This document shows positions 62,701 to 64,000 of a DNA stretch of 64,000 nucleotides, one piece after another; within the stretch, counting starts at the first letter, position 1, and every line of letters begins with the position of its first letter. A model generated the notes under the pieces. The model did not search any database. It was not told the DNA's origin and was given only the letters and a program-made list of their open reading frames with translations. Both the position numbers and the translations under genes were made by a program. This DNA is from a virus. The stretch is from positions 64,001-128,000 of the IMG/VR virus record IMGVR_UViG_3300037010_002844; one strand, given 5' to 3'.

Positions 62701-62886
62701 TGCCAGCGTCTTCTTGGTGGTGTTGCTGAGGTCCTTCTTGGGCGGGTCGTTCTTGTCAACCGTCAAGTCGCCTTTGTCTGTCGTCAGCGGGTAACCAGGC
62801 GCAGGCGGTGCACTCGGGTCGCCAACATCGTAGGTGTACGACTGACCGTCAATGTCGAATCCAGGAGTGCCTGTGTTGGTGCCCAT
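59800..62886 (-). CDS. Large (1028 aa) putative tail/baseplate structural protein.
   Basis: Long ORF between the tape-measure-like and LysM genes. No motif recognised. Confidence 0.45.
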   Translation of the reverse strand: MGTNTGTPGFDIDGQSYTYDVGDPSAPPAPGYPLTTDKGDLTVDKNDPPKKDLSNTTKKTLADYLGKKTQINYYPVDGTASDASTSAPNNQTPAIPAPDHTTENSTFFTKGKSIIGGTSSTSNLKGWMTGAQTDDKKYTAPDPAIVKLKKGKELGSPPDAIDGNHLLPDVPDGSVDGTTVGNYTKSVLANNRFTSDAPYGASDNPTLYSPKFGRFSTKRMAQVGVALSVRASRELNSAKEGLNPSSGGMEAKAILPSFNQLGTTKIDLSMLEAQDVLRTISADEIPDQGLVSIANGSWGSMNNTYDTYSGITSLGMIALSTALTAGVQLLFEGLASLLSLIKGTPEDKKTRDGRFILGSSTKAKLADPNAFPPNFPLDIGALLGIRPTLHRFSDCLKVGTLAFFGISSDGTAGALVTIDATAITSAPGYNSVVARAVIRSISSIIESIKKIFQSNNLVSGVKNLLSMLDVLRHSKLVSALNVFSTLGDKILTDSDFDNISAPGEPVRRSSIDKLPDDVPSNVIGKNRMGDGKNLKLAWSSNRAPALYLLPNATLALQATTDNLGSFQSGIASEDADTRAQYYLLSNDASKKNGNRIPVGKGSDNDNDVTLRNMERALDAEYIPFYFHDVRTNEIIAFHAFLSSLSDDYTANYESSDGFGRVEPVKIYKSTVRKIGLSFYVAATSPADFKDMWVKINKLTTLIYPQYSEGRWLSDKDNNYAFTQPFSQMIAASPLVRLRLGNLLSTNYSRFALARLFGATLGGDSVAQFGDSSGLDFDAGNQFKVPPEIIKSRTTPSEKTWFVTPGQIYDSASDAGKSNPLPSNQVPSAPRWKVDAYADMIPVNVVSTTDDADVVAVQVKMPDAAFFNSQGITDPARQAALTRAITNLYNNDKDPLNKIINQKFLVKSSELRPTQSTLKAINQASGAKVTSLDSLSNFLDPEKNALVKSFKSAGGRGLAGFIDSMNFDWYDKVNWDDRPGHKAPMMCKVTISFTPIHDISPGLDSQGYNRAPIYPVGYFAPSTDTDDKK

Positions 62887-62888
62887 CT

Positions 62889-63149
62889 CTACCCTGTGGA
62901 GCCCGAAGTCGCGCTCTCACTGTTAACTACTTCCCTGTCTCCGGTGAGACCCCTGATCAGTTCGGCACACGCCTCTGGGTCGGCTACGACTTTCTCGGCA
63001 AATTCGTCCATCTGCGAAATCAGGTTGACGAACAACGGTTCCAACATCGCCTGGATCTTCTTGCGATCCTCTTCAGTGCCCGCGAGGATCGCTCGCCGAT
63101 AGAGAGGATCGTTGACTAGCAAGTCTCGAATTTGCTGCTTCGTGCGCAT
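62889..63149 (-). CDS. Hypothetical small protein in the tail module.
   Basis: 86-aa ORF. Confidence 0.4.
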   Translation of the reverse strand: MRTKQQIRDLLVNDPLYRRAILAGTEEDRKKIQAMLEPLFVNLISQMDEFAEKVVADPEACAELIRGLTGDREVVNSESATSGSTG

Positions 63150-63171
63150 GGCAATATCCTACTCCACAATT

Positions 63172-63189
63172 CCCACGATTATTCGTGGG
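63172..63189. promoter_or_regulatory. Stem-loop between the tape-measure-like gene and the next gene.
   Basis: CCCACGA-ttat-TCGTGGG, a 7-bp perfect stem. Function unknown. Confidence 0.3.
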
Positions 63190-63192
63190 TCA

Positions 63193-64000
63193 TCACTTGG
63201 CCGTCACGGGAGTATACGTGTAACCCGTTGCTGTATCGGGCAGTGTGGTCGAAGCAGTCTTGTCGGGCGAGCCCGTCGCAAAGTTGATGCGGTCCCTGAT
63301 GACCGAGTCCTTACGCAGGACGATCGCTTTCTCAACGTCAGAAGCACTCATCTCGATCTTGACGGTCATGTTGATGACGACGTCTTTCGCCTTGATCTCG
63401 TAATTGAACTTGCCGCCCAAACCCATGCCGTTGGCTAGCGTCTTCAACTTGGCGTCCAACTTCAAATCCGGGAGCTTGCCCAAGGCATCATTCAGACTCT
63501 GGGCCTTAGTGACCATGTCGTTGATTGCAATCAACGCGGTGCCGATGCCGTCCTTCGTCATGCTCTTGGAGATGGCCTCAAGGTCGCTACCACTCTTCAG
63601 AATGTCTGTGAAGTTGCCAAAGGCCTTCTTGAGGTTCTCGAGGGCTGCCTTCTGACCAGCGATCTTGCCGATGATCGGATCAGCCAGTGAATCGGAGATC
63701 AACTTCAGTGGGGCGTCGCCTTGTCCGACGCCGCTCTTGGTGATCTTCTCGAAGAACCAACCAATTTCATTCATGATGAGTGCCATCTTGAAACCAATGC
63801 CGGCGATCTGCGTGCCGCCCGACACCAGTGAGTTGACGTCCTTGATGACCTTCATGACATCATTAATGAGGCCGAACAGCAACTTTAGGCTATCGATTTC
63901 CGACTTCTGTCCTGCCAATGTCTTGATGATGGGCAATCCCAAGACGTAAGAAATCAGCTCCATCGGCGCGATGCCGGCGCCGACGCCGCTCTTGAAGATC
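63193..64000 (-). CDS. Tape-measure-like protein, C-terminal part; the ORF stays open to the window edge.
   Basis: No stop lies upstream of the listed Met through 64000 (IFKSGVGAGIAPMELISY...). There is an internal tandem repeat: KSGVGAGIAPMELISYVLGLPIIKTLAGQKSEIDSLK versus KSGVGQGDAPLKLISDSLADPIIGKIAGQKAALENLK. Confidence 0.5.
   Translation of the reverse strand, partial: IFKSGVGAGIAPMELISYVLGLPIIKTLAGQKSEIDSLKLLFGLINDVMKVIKDVNSLVSGGTQIAGIGFKMALIMNEIGWFFEKITKSGVGQGDAPLKLISDSLADPIIGKIAGQKAALENLKKAFGNFTDILKSGSDLEAISKSMTKDGIGTALIAINDMVTKAQSLNDALGKLPDLKLDAKLKTLANGMGLGGKFNYEIKAKDVVINMTVKIEMSASDVEKAIVLRKDSVIRDRINFATGSPDKTASTTLPDTATGYTYTPVTAK

Noticed and set aside
1-64000. Genome-wide stop-codon reassignment (TGA or TAG read as sense) as the explanation for the in-frame stops.
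   Set aside because: Long genes (NrdJ, the dnaE fragments, RecA, the 1000-aa structural ORFs) are intact under the standard code. They terminate at TGA, TAG or TAA exactly where homologs end or where the next gene starts (ATGA overlaps). The premature stops are confined to a few small or decayed ORFs.

Overview
This window is a segment of a tailed dsDNA phage genome that looks like a metagenomic assembly, coded almost entirely on the minus strand. I saw no rRNA, tRNA, CRISPR array or integrase.

Content in minus-strand transcription order:
- End of a tail module: a tape-measure-like protein with internal repeats, two ~1000-aa proteins, and a P2 gpX-like LysM protein.
- Replication, recombination and nucleotide block: minimal PolA-like polymerase, HD hydrolase, gp32-like SSB, RecA, dUTPase, FEN, DnaB-like helicase, intein-containing NrdJ, ThyX, Tmk, and an all-alpha NTP pyrophosphatase.
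- RNA-repair trio: RlaP-like nucleotidyltransferase, Pnkp and RNA ligase.
- Accessory block: metallophosphoesterase, two DNA methyltransferases, LD-carboxypeptidase, HNH endonuclease, Dps-like protein, lipoprotein, and a UDP-xylose-synthase-like enzyme.
- A dnaE gene split into eight ORFs.
- A 1019-aa repeat protein on the plus strand.
- A tightly coupled operon (kinase, methyltransferase, glycosyltransferase, epimerase) that ends in a T4 gp42-like pyrimidine hydroxymethylase cut off by the window edge.

Main leads:
1. dnaE is fractured by six split inteins plus one catalytically dead intein junction. It includes a 7-aa micro-extein and an intein split so that only ~17 aa remain as the C-fragment. 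Most gaps hold homing-endonuclease genes of two families, or their remains.
2. A probable hydroxymethyl-pyrimidine plus pentose DNA hypermodification pathway.
3. At least eight proteins share an N-terminal leader ending in I/L-x-E. This resembles a T4-type capsid-targeting and prohead-protease signal.
4. The NrdJ intein ends in Gln and carries DNA-binding modules but no recognisable nuclease.
5. Several small ORFs, and the dnaE 5' end, are broken by in-frame stops or frameshifts. This could be real gene decay or assembly error.

All calls come from reading the sequence and from recalled family motifs. No database search was run.
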